Assembly (NCBI GenBank): GCA_004022145.1
Contig: RCNU01000002.1
Strand: one strand, 5' to 3'
Length of the DNA stretch: 64,000 bases
Source of the DNA: Paecilomyces variotii
Taxonomy: Eukaryota
The position numbers and the translations under genes were made by a program. This document shows, piece after piece, positions 10,499 to 22,395 of this stretch (within the stretch, counting starts at the first letter, position 1; every line of letters begins with the position of its first letter). Below the pieces are notes generated by a model. It was not told where the DNA came from. It worked only from the letters and a program-made list of their open reading frames with translations, and ran no database searches.

Positions 10499-13400
10499 AT
10501 GTTCAATTTTACGCCTCTTCTGGGCGCGCAGTCGTCATCTTCAAGGGCGTCTCAGTCTATATTGGAGCTTGATGGTGGAATCAAGATTCTGGTGGGCGTC
10601 GGTTGGGATGAGACCTTCGACACGTTGGATCTCTCAGAGCTAGAGAAGTAGGTCATTCATATATATGGGAGACAAGATCATTACATGTTAACTAGTATTT
10701 TAATTAGGCATATCCCTACGCTTTCGCTCATTCTTCTGACCCATGCAACGCCCGCGCATCTCGGTGCCTTTGCGCACTGCTGCAAGACATTCCCTCTTTT
10801 CACCCAAATCCCCGTCTATGCCACAAGTCCTGTGATCGCTTTGGGACGGACACTCCTTCAAGATCTTTATGCTTCTGCGCCTCTCGCCGCTACCTTCCTA
10901 CCGAAGGCCTCCATATCTGAACCCGGGGCTTCTACATCAGCTGCGTCTGCGGCCGCGTCTGCTTCGGGAGCGGCGGCGAATACAGATGGCGGAATTTCGA
11001 GCCCGATTCTGCTTCCACCACCGACTCCGGAAGAGATCGCAAGATACTTCTCTCTCATCCACCCCTTGAAATACTCGCAGCCGCATCAACCGCTACCTTC
11101 GCCCTTCTCGCCGCCCCTAAATGGTCTCACGCTAACGGCCTACAATGCGGGACATACCGTCGGAGGTACTATATGGCATATCCAACATGGCATGGAGTCT
11201 ATTGTATATGCGGTCGATTGGAATCAAGCGCGCGAGAACGTGGTTGCGGGAGCGGCCTGGTTTGGAGGCGCTGGAGCCAGCGGGACGGAGGTGATAGAAC
11301 AATTGCGCAAACCGACGGCTTTGGTCTGCAGCAGCAAAGGAGGAGACAAGTTTGCCGTGTCTGGAGGACGGAAGAAACGTGACGATCTACTCTTGGATAT
11401 GATCCGGAGTAGCGTCTCTAAGGGCGGTACGGTCTTGATTCCCACCGACAGCAGTGCTCGAGTACTAGAACTGGCATATACACTGGAACATGCATGGCGT
11501 AATGCTGCCGAAGATGGAAGTGGAGACAATCAGCTGAAAGACGCACAGTTATACTTGGCTGGGAAAAAAGCTCATGGAACCATGAGACTCGCGAGGAGTC
11601 TTCTGGAGTGGATGGACGAGAGTATCGTCCGTGAATTTGAAGGCGTCGAGGGTATTGATGCGACTGCTCCCGAACGTTCACAAGGCAGAACCGATTCACA
11701 AGCTCGAGGGGGGCCAAGCCAAAGTCAGGACAAGAAAGGGGCGAAAACTGCAGGACCCTTCGCGTTCAAACATCTAAAGATTGTCGAACGCAAGAGGAAG
11801 CTTCGAAAGGTCCTTTCTGACCAGGCACCTAAAGTTATCTTAGCTTCTGATACATCGCTGGACTGGGGCTACGCTAAAGATACTTTCCGCCACATTGCCG
11901 AAGGACCGCACAACTTAATCGTACTGACCGAGACACTCCCCTCCCAGAAATCATTTGAGGACGCGCAGGAAGCTGACAGAGTGACGCTTGGTCGCATGAT
12001 ATGGCAATGGTATCAAGAACGAAAGGACGGCGTTGCCTTGGAGAAAGCCTTGGATGGAGAACTTCTTGAGCAAGTCCATAGTGGTGGGAGGGAGATCACT
12101 CTGACCGATGTTCAACGGGCCCCCCTTGGCCCTAATGAGCAATTGTTATATCAGCAGTACCTCGCCACGAAGAGGCAATTACAAAATACATCTCAAGTTC
12201 GGGGCGACGGTAACCTCGATAATACGGCCGATGCACTGGATGACGGGGCCAGTTCAACCGAGTCAGAAGACTCCGACTCGGAGCAGCAAGGAAAAGTCTT
12301 GAACTTTTCCGTATCATTGGCCCATTCCAATCGAAATAAGCTAGGACTCAGTGACGAGGACCTGGGTGTCAATGTTCTTTTACGACGAAAGAACGTCTAT
12401 GATTACGATGTTCGCGGGAAAAAGGGCCGTGAACGAATGTTCCCCTATGTTGCCCCTAGAAGGCGTGGGGACGAATACGGCGAGTTTATTCGGCCCGAGG
12501 AATATCTTAGGGCGGAGGAGCGTGAAGAAGCCGAGATGCAGCAACGCAGGCCTGACTCCCAGGGAGAGACCAAGGTTGGCCAGAAACGCCGATGGGATGA
12601 GACGGGGCCAAATGGAAGGAGACTGTCCGGAGGCACGGGGAAACGCCAGCCCCTATCCCGAGACGGGAATAAAAGGGGTTCAAGTACTGCAGACGACCTT
12701 AGTGTTGGTGACGAAATGGCAGTTGACGGCGTGGAAGGTTCTGAAAGCTCTGAAGATGAAGATGATGCGCAGGTTTCTGAGGAGCCTTCCAAAGCGGTGT
12801 ATATCAAGTCGACGATGACAGTTAATGCCCGCATTGCTTTCATTGACTTCAGTGGTTTGCATGACAAGCGAAGTCTGGAGATGCTTATTCCCTTGATTCA
12901 GCCACGCAAACTGATACTCGTCGGCGGTACCAAAGAGGAGACCACAGCTTTGGCAGAGGAATGCCGTAATTTACTCGCTGCCAAGGCCGGTGCAGACTCT
13001 TCCACCGCAGCTGCTGTGGATATTTTCACACCTGCAAATGGGAACACCATCGATGCTAGTGTGGATACCAATGCTTGGATGGTCAAATTGAGCAACAATC
13101 TTGTCAGGCGCTTGAAGTGGCAGCATGTGCGCAGCCTGGGCGTCGTCGCGCTAACGGCTCAATTGAGAGGACCAGAACTTCTTCCACCTAGCGATGATAC
13201 GGCCGAGTCGGCCAACAAGAAGCAAAAGTTGTTGAAGGAGGAAGCGGACTCTGTCGACGGCTTGACGGAGCAGCCAATGAAGCCGTCAGCAGCGAAGAAT
13301 GACGTCTTCCCTGTTCTTGATGTTTTGCCAGCAAATATGGCGGCCGGAACGAGATCCATGACACGACCGTTGCATGTTGGTGATCTTAGACTTGCTGACT

Positions 13401-13630
13401 TGCGGAAACTGATGCAGGCCGCTGGCCACACTGCGGATTTCCGCGGTGAAGGAACACTGCTTATTGATGGGATCGTGGCCGTGAGGAAATCTGGCACTGG
13501 TAAAATCGAAGTCGAGGCTGCAGCTCAGGCAGCCGTGGGAAGTCCACTGGCCGGTGGCCGGGGAGAAGGAAGCTTCTTGGCCGTGAAAAGAAAGATATAC
13601 GAAGGTCTTGCCGTTGTGGCCGGCGGGTAG
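10499..13630 (+). CDS. CFT2: Cleavage and polyadenylation specificity factor subunit 2 (CPSF100/Cft2), about 1023 aa
   Basis: Exon 1 10499-10647 (MFNFTPLLGAQ...ILELDGGIKIL), intron 10648-10707, exon 2 10708-13630. Degenerate MBL motif LLTHATPAHLGA, AGHTVGGTIW, YAVDWNQARE, GGTVLIPTDSSARVLEL, FIDFSGLHD, and a C-terminal LHVGDLRLADL...GEGTL. Confidence 0.95.
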
Positions 13631-14217
13631 ACATCAATCAGATATCTTTCGCCATGATTGTTTATTGCTATGTTCAATTCCCAAGACAGACCTTCGATTT
13701 CAACACGAATGTATTCTATACCCTGCTCTATTCAAACACGTGTGTTCCATCTTTGAACCTTTCCATAGACCCAAAGACATTGGCTTTTTACTTGCTCCAC
13801 GTCGATCTGGTAGTTCGTGCTTTGTTACCCAAACACTGGAGTATAAACGAGCACCCACTTCTCCTGTACTGGGTTGAGTCACCATGCATCATGACTCTTT
13901 CCAGATGAAGGAGCTACGACGTAGCTGTCACGTCGAGGAATATTGTCACTGTGAAGATGATGGATCGTCTTGACCGCTACGTGAAGCAAACAGATGTGTC
14001 ATATCGAGTCACTCCTCAACCACTATATAACTATACGGAAATATCCTCTCTTCTGTTGTCTCCCTTCTATGATTTTTCCATCTACCGAAATTATCAAGCT
14101 CATATCCATCTCTCTCTGTACTTGAAGCTAAAGCATCTATCATTTCCATAAGAATCAACCTACAATATACACACTTCCCACAACCACTCTTGAACTTCTA
14201 TATCAACAACAACATCG

Positions 14218-15015
14218 ATGGCTCCTCCTCGTCGATACATCACGCTAGACGGCCAGCCTCCGCTCGGAGGACTCCCTCCAAACGTAGCTGCCGCTATGCA
14301 GCATCGAGCACGCGAGTCTCCTCCGCCATATACCGCAGCTCCAGCTCCTCCCGCTACTCAACTTCCGCCACAGCATGGACACCCCGTCTCCATCAACATC
14401 ATCCCAGAAGCAACAGTCTGCTACGTCCCCCGTCCAATCATCGGTGCGAACCCCAGCTGGCAGCCATGGACACCACTCGTCATCACACGCACACCTCCCA
14501 ACGCACCCAGCTGCAGCTGTCATGATACAAAACCCGCCAAACAACCCCCTGCAGCATCAAACAACCCACCCTTTCCACCGGGTAGTAATATGCCCGGCAC
14601 GACCGATAGTCATCCAGTCACTCTCTCCTCTGGAGCCGGCTACATCTTCCCAACGAACCACACGACCATCCATCTCATCGAGCCGAACTTCCTTCCTTTC
14701 GCGCACCCTCCGAGACAATTCAAATGGCGCGTCTACAAAGTTCCCACGACTCTATCCCTATCTGAGCTTATCGAGAAGGTTTGCGTTGTCGATTGTCCAG
14801 AGGGCAAGACGGCTGTTAAGGGAATCGTGGAGTGTATCGAATTAGGCGATGGGTGTTGGTTGCGAGGGCCGGAGTTCTGGATGGGAAAGGGGAAAGGGGA
14901 AGAGGATGCGATGAAGGGGAAGGTGAAGAAGACGCTGGCGAGTATTGGGTGGGATGAGAAGAGGGGAAGTGTGGCGAAGCCGGTTTGGCTTGCGGTTGTG
15001 GTGGAGTATGTTTGA
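14218..15015 (+). CDS. Hypothetical protein, 265 aa; Pro-rich N-terminus and globular C-terminal domain
   Basis: Single ORF preceded by an A/C-rich leader (CAACAACAACATCG-ATG) and a TATA-like TATATAA near 14024. The C-terminal half is compositionally globular (YIFPTNHTTIHLIE...GIVECIELGDG.W.RG...TLASIGWD...PVWL). Confidence 0.75.
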   Translation: MAPPRRYITLDGQPPLGGLPPNVAAAMQHRARESPPPYTAAPAPPATQLPPQHGHPVSINIIPEATVCYVPRPIIGANPSWQPWTPLVITRTPPNAPSCSCHDTKPAKQPPAASNNPPFPPGSNMPGTTDSHPVTLSSGAGYIFPTNHTTIHLIEPNFLPFAHPPRQFKWRVYKVPTTLSLSELIEKVCVVDCPEGKTAVKGIVECIELGDGCWLRGPEFWMGKGKGEEDAMKGKVKKTLASIGWDEKRGSVAKPVWLAVVVEYV

Positions 15016-15412
15016 GAGGTAGTCTATGCTCTTTTATTGTTATTCTTTTTTAGGGAATGCTTCCTTGGGTCTTGTGAGAAGAAGATTTTGGATTACTTTT
15101 GAGAAATTGAGGGTCAGGCTTTGTGCGATGTTTGCTTGGTCCAATTTGGCATCGTGTTATGTACCTGCGGATATTGTGTTATGATGTGTGGTAATTGGGG
15201 ACATTTCATTTCTCTCTCCAAGTATTGTGGTTTGGGTTTTATTATTGGCTTTTGTCGGACATGCGAGTATGTAGCAGCATAATTGAGAAGATTGAAATTC
15301 ATATGACATATATATTCATCATCCATGGTTTTGTTGTTAAAGATCCGAAGGCCAAGTGTACAGAAAAGAATATATAAAAAGGACATCATGCCATGCGTTC
15401 CATGAGTGGTAC

Positions 15413-16618
15413 TCATTCAATCTCTTCTCCGTTTTCGTCATCTCCGTGAACACCTTCCTGTTCTACAACCTTCGCGCTCTTGGTCTCCTGCTGCTTTCTG
15501 CGGCGATGTTTGATGCTTACGTAGATGAAGAAACCGAGCTCAGACACGACAATCGCCAACCAAATTGCCAGAGCCACAGCTGACCATCCTGCATAGTACA
15601 TTCCCGTACCGATGTTGAAGATTCCCAAACAGAGGACGCTTCTCCCCAGCCATACATGCAACGTGCTGAACAGAGACCGTCTATGTTGCTGGACGAAGAC
15701 GATGTGGTGTTTGTACCCGAGCCATCCTTGCAGGATGAGTAGAGATGTTGCTACCAGACCGATGATCTTGTGTGTTCCAAGATGCTTTGCGCGCGAGAGC
15801 ATGTATGCGGCGCTAGCGATGGCAAGTAGTGACGCGATCAATTGGGCGACCCAATGGAGACGGAAGCTCTGCGAGTGTGGCCAGCGGATCGCGACGGTGC
15901 CGAAGTAGAATATTCCCATAAAGCAGATGGTCATGATGAACCCGTGGATTTTGACAGCCATAGTTGTTCCCTTTCCATGAGTTACAACCCGTATGCCGAA
16001 CGATTGTTTCTGGCTGTCCATGGGGGGAACGGGCTCATCTGTGGAAAGAAGAGTCGAATGCATGTCAACAGCAAGATGGCCATGACTTTGGTGAACGTCC
16101 AGTTTTACACCAGTATCCAGAGAGTTGAAAACTTGGCCTCGATTTTCTGCGAACATCCACGGCTGAGATGCGGAGTCAAAATCGACACCGGGCCATTTAT
16201 CACAAGAGTAGCAGACGATCTCAGCAAGATAGGTCCCAGTTTCAGGAACAACAATTGCTTTGGTGACATTAATCTCCGGCGCAGTATCTGTTACCACTGT
16301 GGGCACGACATGTCCGGTAGCTGTCCTCACGCTAATAGCTAGCTGCTCCTGGCTGGCATCAGTGTATAGGATAAACATAAGAGCACCGGCCATCTTTGCG
16401 CCAATCCCAATAGAGAACCAGCCTCCTGTGCTGTGTGGAGTTGCTGAGATTGAAAGGTAAATATCTTTTCCCCGAGATGCATTCTCTTTGCTGGACACTG
16501 CCATGCAAAATTCCGGGTCACCTTTCTGGCAATATTGCGCTCCTGCTGAGAGGACAGACTGCCATTGTGCAACCGAAAGCAGTGTTAGTAGACACACTTG
16601 AAAAAAAGATATTCTCAT
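15413..16618 (-). CDS. Membrane redox protein: cellobiose-dehydrogenase-type cytochrome (DOMON-like) domain plus cytochrome b561 domain
   Basis: ATG 16618 opens a signal peptide (MRISFFQVCLLTLLSVA). GWFSIGIG-x-x-M (Met ligand), CYSC and ..VHQSHG (His ligand) match the CDH-cytochrome domain. It is followed by transmembrane helices with b561-type His residues (IHGFIM, LHWVAQ, THKIIG, HHIVF, LHVWLGR). Confidence 0.85.
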   Translation of the reverse strand: MRISFFQVCLLTLLSVAQWQSVLSAGAQYCQKGDPEFCMAVSSKENASRGKDIYLSISATPHSTGGWFSIGIGAKMAGALMFILYTDASQEQLAISVRTATGHVVPTVVTDTAPEINVTKAIVVPETGTYLAEIVCYSCDKWPGVDFDSASQPWMFAENRGQVFNSLDTGVKLDVHQSHGHLAVDMHSTLLSTDEPVPPMDSQKQSFGIRVVTHGKGTTMAVKIHGFIMTICFMGIFYFGTVAIRWPHSQSFRLHWVAQLIASLLAIASAAYMLSRAKHLGTHKIIGLVATSLLILQGWLGYKHHIVFVQQHRRSLFSTLHVWLGRSVLCLGIFNIGTGMYYAGWSAVALAIWLAIVVSELGFFIYVSIKHRRRKQQETKSAKVVEQEGVHGDDENGEEIE

Positions 16619-17439
16619 TGCGAATAGAATTCCGTCGCAGCAAGAGAATTCTCGTAATTCTCCTCTCGATCTTTCGGTCTTTGTCGCGGTGTTCACTTAG
16701 CTGCCAGAAGTTCGGAGCTGAACTATGTGCGCACTCCACAAAAAGGCCTCCCTGCAACTCCTCCAGCACTGCCGTTCAAGGCAACGTAAGCTATATTTTC
16801 CTAGCCTATTAAGTGGTCGGGATATGAAATGAGACGGCTCTATCGTTGCGCAAGAATAGGTAAAGATAGGCTTGGGGACGAAAAGGCGCTTGTCACCGAG
16901 TTCGGTTTAGCGTGTCCATCTGATATGCATGTGGGCCAATCTGCTTCGTCCATTCGTTGTTCGCAGCGAGTGGCTTAGTAAGACCTAGTATGCTGGGAGA
17001 TCTTATCATCAAGTCCTGGATTCAGACAATAATGACAATAATACGACTAGTATCAGGTGAGTAAAGTGCGCATTCGACACGGCTAGATCATGCGTCTTAT
17101 CAGATAGATCCACGAGTGCCCATGGAGGCCGTCTAGGAATGAAGCTCTAGCCTCTAGGTTAGTCCCCAGGCTTGAGTACTCCGCATGTTGATCTAGCCTC
17201 TTGAAAACTGCATTTTACCTTCCTCTTTTCGCATGCGGGTCCGAGTGGCACTTGTGACGCCGCATGTACGGAGTACTGTACCATGTTGCCCCGCCTGTTG
17301 TAGAAGTTCTGGGAGATCGACAAACTAAAGCAGGACAGATTTGAGAGATGCATGGTATGACGTGATCTAATCTTGTATTACGTGGGCGTAATAAGGTAGC
17401 TTATACACAGCATAGTGCATTTTCTGTTCATGGCTTATG

Positions 17440-19502
17440 CTAAACGTCGAAATCGTCCGGGGGATCGTACGCCCCTATAAAGTCTTCCGTACTGATAGAC
17501 TGAATGATATCGTTTGTTCTCGGTCCGGTATATTTCCTGCAAGCGAATCGTGAGTTACAATGAAAGTGATAATTGATGAAGGCAGAATCGGTTCATAATA
17601 CCATCGAGCAGAGACCCACCACCACACGAGGGAAAAGATGGCGATAAAAGCTGCAACACAAATAGCGTAATTCCTGCGATGTTGTCAATATCGTTATAGG
17701 CCTTGCACGAACGATAGGTCACTTACATGTTGGCTGCCGTCACAGGTTTCGATGGAGGAAAGAAGAGTATCACGCTGATTAAAAGTACCCAGGTAATAGC
17801 GATCAGATTCAATGGTGTTCCCCATTTTCCCAGAGTGAAGGGGCCTTCAATAAACTTCACCCGCTTCTTGTAGATTTGGTGAGCAAGGATGACAGAGATA
17901 TATGACAGATCGAGTGCTGGTGCCGTGACATTGAAGATTGCTGTGGCGGTCTGGGTGGAACCAATGGCAATGCAGTTGAGGCAGACACTGAAAAACACCA
18001 CGAACCAGACTGCATTTACCGGAGTATGCGTGTATTGATTGACTTTCGACCAGATACTACGGGAGATATTAGAACTCTTCCGCAGAGATATGTCTTTTCG
18101 GGCATGGCTTACTGTGAAAATGGCAACGCCTCATCTCTGGCAAACGCATATGCCATTCTCGTGTCTGCCAGCATAGCTGAGCAGCCCGTGAAAAACTGAA
18201 CGAGGATAGCGAAAGACCACATTATCGTGCCTCCCGTCCGGCCTCCAGCATTGAGGAATATCTGTGCAGCTGGAAGGCCCGTCGCTGTGTTTAAAATCCC
18301 ATCCAAGTCGGTCAAACAGAAGCACATTGCCACTGTGAGCATCCAACCAAAGACCCCTGAGACCAAAACTGCTGTCTGGATGGCTATAGGGCCTCGAATG
18401 GCCGCATCATGGGTCTCTTCTGACATGCTTTGATCCAAATTAGCTGATGATCCCTCACCGTCTCAGTCGCCACTTACTGTGTTGTTCCGTCATAGTCAGT
18501 CATGGTCCAGGCCACGGATATGAAACCTAGGAAGAAAGAAAACCCTTTCGAGCCCCATCCAGAACCATCTGTAACCGTAGTGAAGACCCATTTAGCGGAC
18601 TGCTTCTCGGGTGTGAGTACTAAGAGGGCGATACAGATGCCTATTGACGCGAGGACTGTGGAGCTTCAGTTAATCTCCTCAGTACTAGTAATCATCCGCA
18701 ACAGAGCTTACTATTAATAGGTGCAAACCACATGACGATCCGATGCAGGCTCTTAGTGGTCAAGGAACAAATTATGCCCATGAGACATAGCATTGCTATT
18801 GCTAAGAGGACAGTTTGTAATGCAGTACTTTGAGATATGAGCGACGTCACTGCTGTTTTGAAGGCGGCTGAGGGTGGACTCACGGCGAATACTCGTATTT
18901 CCCATCTTCCAGACTCGAGTTCATACTTGCGCAAGCTAAAAGCATCTGGCTGACTGTGTATGCCACGCTAGACACTCCTGCCGTCTGCCCAAGCAGGTTG
19001 CACCATCCCTGAACCCAAGAAAAGATGGCAACTTGGCTCTCAGGCACGACATGCTTTGTGACAAAATACATCCCTCCAGCGGTTGGATATGCTGATACCA
19101 GCTCTGCCACGGAACTTCCAATGCACATTGCCATACAGGAGCCGAAGAACCAACACCATACCGCCGTAGCTGGCCCTCCTGCCTCCAAGGGGGAGCCAAA
19201 AGTCGCAGGGACCGACCCAAGTACTCCCAGAATGGATATCGCATAAGACACTGTGGACCATTTTGAGAACTCACGTCTCAATTCCTAATGCCGATAACTG
19301 GTTAGCTGATCGGAATCAATTCATCATCGCTTCGCCATGGACGCACTTGTTTGTAGCCAATTCGGGCCAACAAGCGTTCGTCATCATCTCGAATAGTTGC
19401 CATACGAGGCACAGGGGTGGCAGTGCCTTTGTCGGTGGCCTTTTTACTGTCCCTAATATCACTACCTCCTGACTTGCGAAGAGATGTAGACGTCAGATCC
19501 AT
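17440..19502 (-). CDS. APC-superfamily amino acid/choline (ACT) permease, GABA/choline/polyamine type
   Basis: About 7 GT-AG introns link the listed ORF fragments. Motifs: LARIGYKQELRREFS, GGPATAVWCW, SSVAELVSAYPTAGGMY, MSEETHDA, RMAYAFARDEALPFS and GPFTLGKWG. The last exon ends ...DDFDV-TAG at 17440. Confidence 0.9.
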
Positions 19503-20720
19503 GCCTTCAAAGGAGAACAATCCGAGTCGTATGGATAAAGGAAGAACGGGGGAAACGAGAATAGAGTCGACACCAGAGCATAGATATGATATAGCTTTGG
19601 GCTTGCTTCATACTTTTACCTACCAACACGACAGTTTATGGAGCTGTCCAGGCGCACGGAGTATATTCCGTATGGTGGAGCCAACCCCTCTGCTTTAGGG
19701 CATTCCGGAACAAGTCAGTCACACTGGTAGACTGGCAGTCGATCCGACTGAACGTCGGTATGACAATTCTAGTTCTGTGGCTGCAGATGAGATGTTCGAC
19801 AGCGGAGCACCGGGCTAGAACCAGTGGTGATAGATGTATACAGCCGTTGCGGTGAAGGATCACTCAGGTTCACAGCCTTATCACGTTTTGGAAAGAAACT
19901 AGTCGCAACCTTGGTAACCCACTCCAGGGCCACAGGTCAAATGTCTTCTCGACGAGTGTACAAAACACAGCAATCATTGGAGTCCAGAGCCCAAAAATAT
20001 AACAGGTACCTGTGGTTGGTACCACTTGTCTTAGGATCCTAGAAGGGTTGAAGTCTTCCCGGGTAGAGGGCCAAGGAAAAGATAAGAAAACAGCAGGGAA
20101 CATGGATGACAGGAATTGACCGGTTGAAAACCTGGTGGACTGTTTTCTAGTGCTTTCTTAAGCCATAAACTAGCTCCCCGGCTAGCCGGGATGAAACGAA
20201 CAATCTAGCAGTCGGGATCGTCCCTCGACTCTCTCCTCCCAGGAGACATTGGCCGATACATTGTGCTCAAACGGCGCATTATTTGAGAGCGCCAACAATG
20301 CCATGAGATCTGCAGGCCCTGGATGACTTCCCGCTCGAGGTACAGGAATGTAACCAGTTTGAAAGAGCCTGAGGATGGCAGGTATTGTTGTCGCACGCAA
20401 TGATCTGATAGTGAGAGGGGATGTGGAGGTCGGAAAGGGAAGTAATTAATTAGTTGTGAGAGTTGGAGACGCTACGGGAGATTCCAGCCAATCAAACCTG
20501 CGAGTTGGGGGCGGTGAGCAGACCGCTCGCTCTACCGTCGCCTTCCCATTAAGGCTTTCACCATCGTTCATATCCATGCCCAACGTCTTGCAACTGGGCA
20601 GGGATTTTATTTGACTCATTCAGCAGGGCTGATGTGATGCAAGCCGATGTTGGCTAAGGAATGATTCTTCTAAAGGCTAAGTGTAGCTATTCTGGGCGTG
20701 CGAGCCAGGATCGCGATGCA

Positions 20721-20748
20721 TGTACATACATACATGTATGTATGTACA
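20721..20748. repeat. Perfect 28-bp palindrome
   Basis: TGTACATACATACA|TGTATGTATGTACA with no spacer. Confidence 0.9.
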
Positions 20749-22395
20749 ACATGCTGCAAACGATGGTGACGCAAAACTCGACGCTGTGCTCGCAACGGTA
20801 TACTTTGGATATACTCAACTCCTAGAACCCATGGTCTGATCAACATGAAATCAGGAAAAGGAGGGAATCAGAGGTAAGTACACAGCACCTTGAGAGCATA
20901 CTTAGACATCGCTACAACCTTTTAGACATCAAAACTGCCAAACTTGGTGGTATGGTGGGGGTCCTTGCCCCACTCCGATGACGGCCGATGAGAAGCTACT
21001 CCATCCCTCGTATGACAGTAAGAATACACAACGATCGCCCTTCATTAGGGAGAAATGACAATATCACGCTGATCAGCTACTAGGCTAGCCGTTTGGAGGG
21101 TTTTCAGTTGTACGGGCCAGTGGGAGAAGGAATACATTAAAAGGTTAGGTACAAAGGACCACTCACTGACAGCTAAGAAGCCCGGACATTTCTTTTTCCC
21201 TCGAAGTGAAAGCGCATCTTGCATGAAATATCTGGGGCGCCGTTACAACAGTTACGTGGGTAATGGGCCATGCATATATGTCTGAAGCTTTTCACACTCG
21301 CCGGTACCTAATAATGGTATCGCGTGGTCGGAAGTCTACGAGGTCCTCATTCGCAGTTCTGGCCGCAATAACTGTGTCAGTGGATCCTCGAAAAAACAAA
21401 AACTGTTGCCCAGTGCCGTGTAGCTCACACTAGACGACCTTGGACGTGGCATCAGCACTTAATTAGTTGTTGTCGTACCTTTAATTCTGCCATCTTCTAC
21501 TCCTTTTCAGGGCGACAGCACTCATCGCTTCGCACATATGCACGCCTGAATTGCAATGACTGATTTTCCTTAGCATTCATTCAAGCTGGACCTTTACCAC
21601 CTCAACATAAACCCATTAGCATAAGTTGGTATTAGAGGGGCATCGCTGGTGGACAATTGAACACCCGTTAACTAGAGTACCTAGCCATCATTATATACTT
21701 CCGGTATTCATGTTCCAGAATTATTACTTTTTTCCGCTGTTGGACATCTGACCCTTCATTGAACAATTCTTATTCCATAACCATAGCTGTATCGAGCAAC
21801 GAGGAGATAAAAATTAGCATCAACCAGGTGCAAAGTCAAGTATAAAGCTAGATAAAAACAAGCATCTGTTGCTATTGCAAATAGGATATATTAGGTATGC
21901 CATTCTCGCACTAGACGCCACAAATCATTATAGCTATATTGTCACAATGAGGTCGCAGAAGCTGCTACAACAGGAATATTCTTACCTTTTCCTTCGAGGA
22001 TCGATATATTAATATTATTCTTTGTTTTATACTCCTCCTTACTCCATAGTCGGTCGGGGCCTGGACCATGTGGACTAAAACGGCTTAGTGCCAACTTTGC
22101 AAGCCAGGAACGTGCACGTGCCAGCTGTGCTCTCGGAGCGAAGTAAATCCGTCCATATTATTGTTCCGGACGCGAACTCCCTTAGGTGGTCAGTTCGTTG
22201 CGGCCAAAGGGAAGCTTCGAGCAATAACACCCTCAAGGGTTTGCTCGAATTCTATTTTATTATTTATCTGAATCCGGAATTGACTTTTCCAGAAATATGG
22301 CATTTTTTTGAGAGAAAATATCTCAAGCTGGGCCTCAAATCTATCGAGTCTCCGTCCGCCTCCCTCATACATGGTAGGCCGTCGGATAGAGCATC

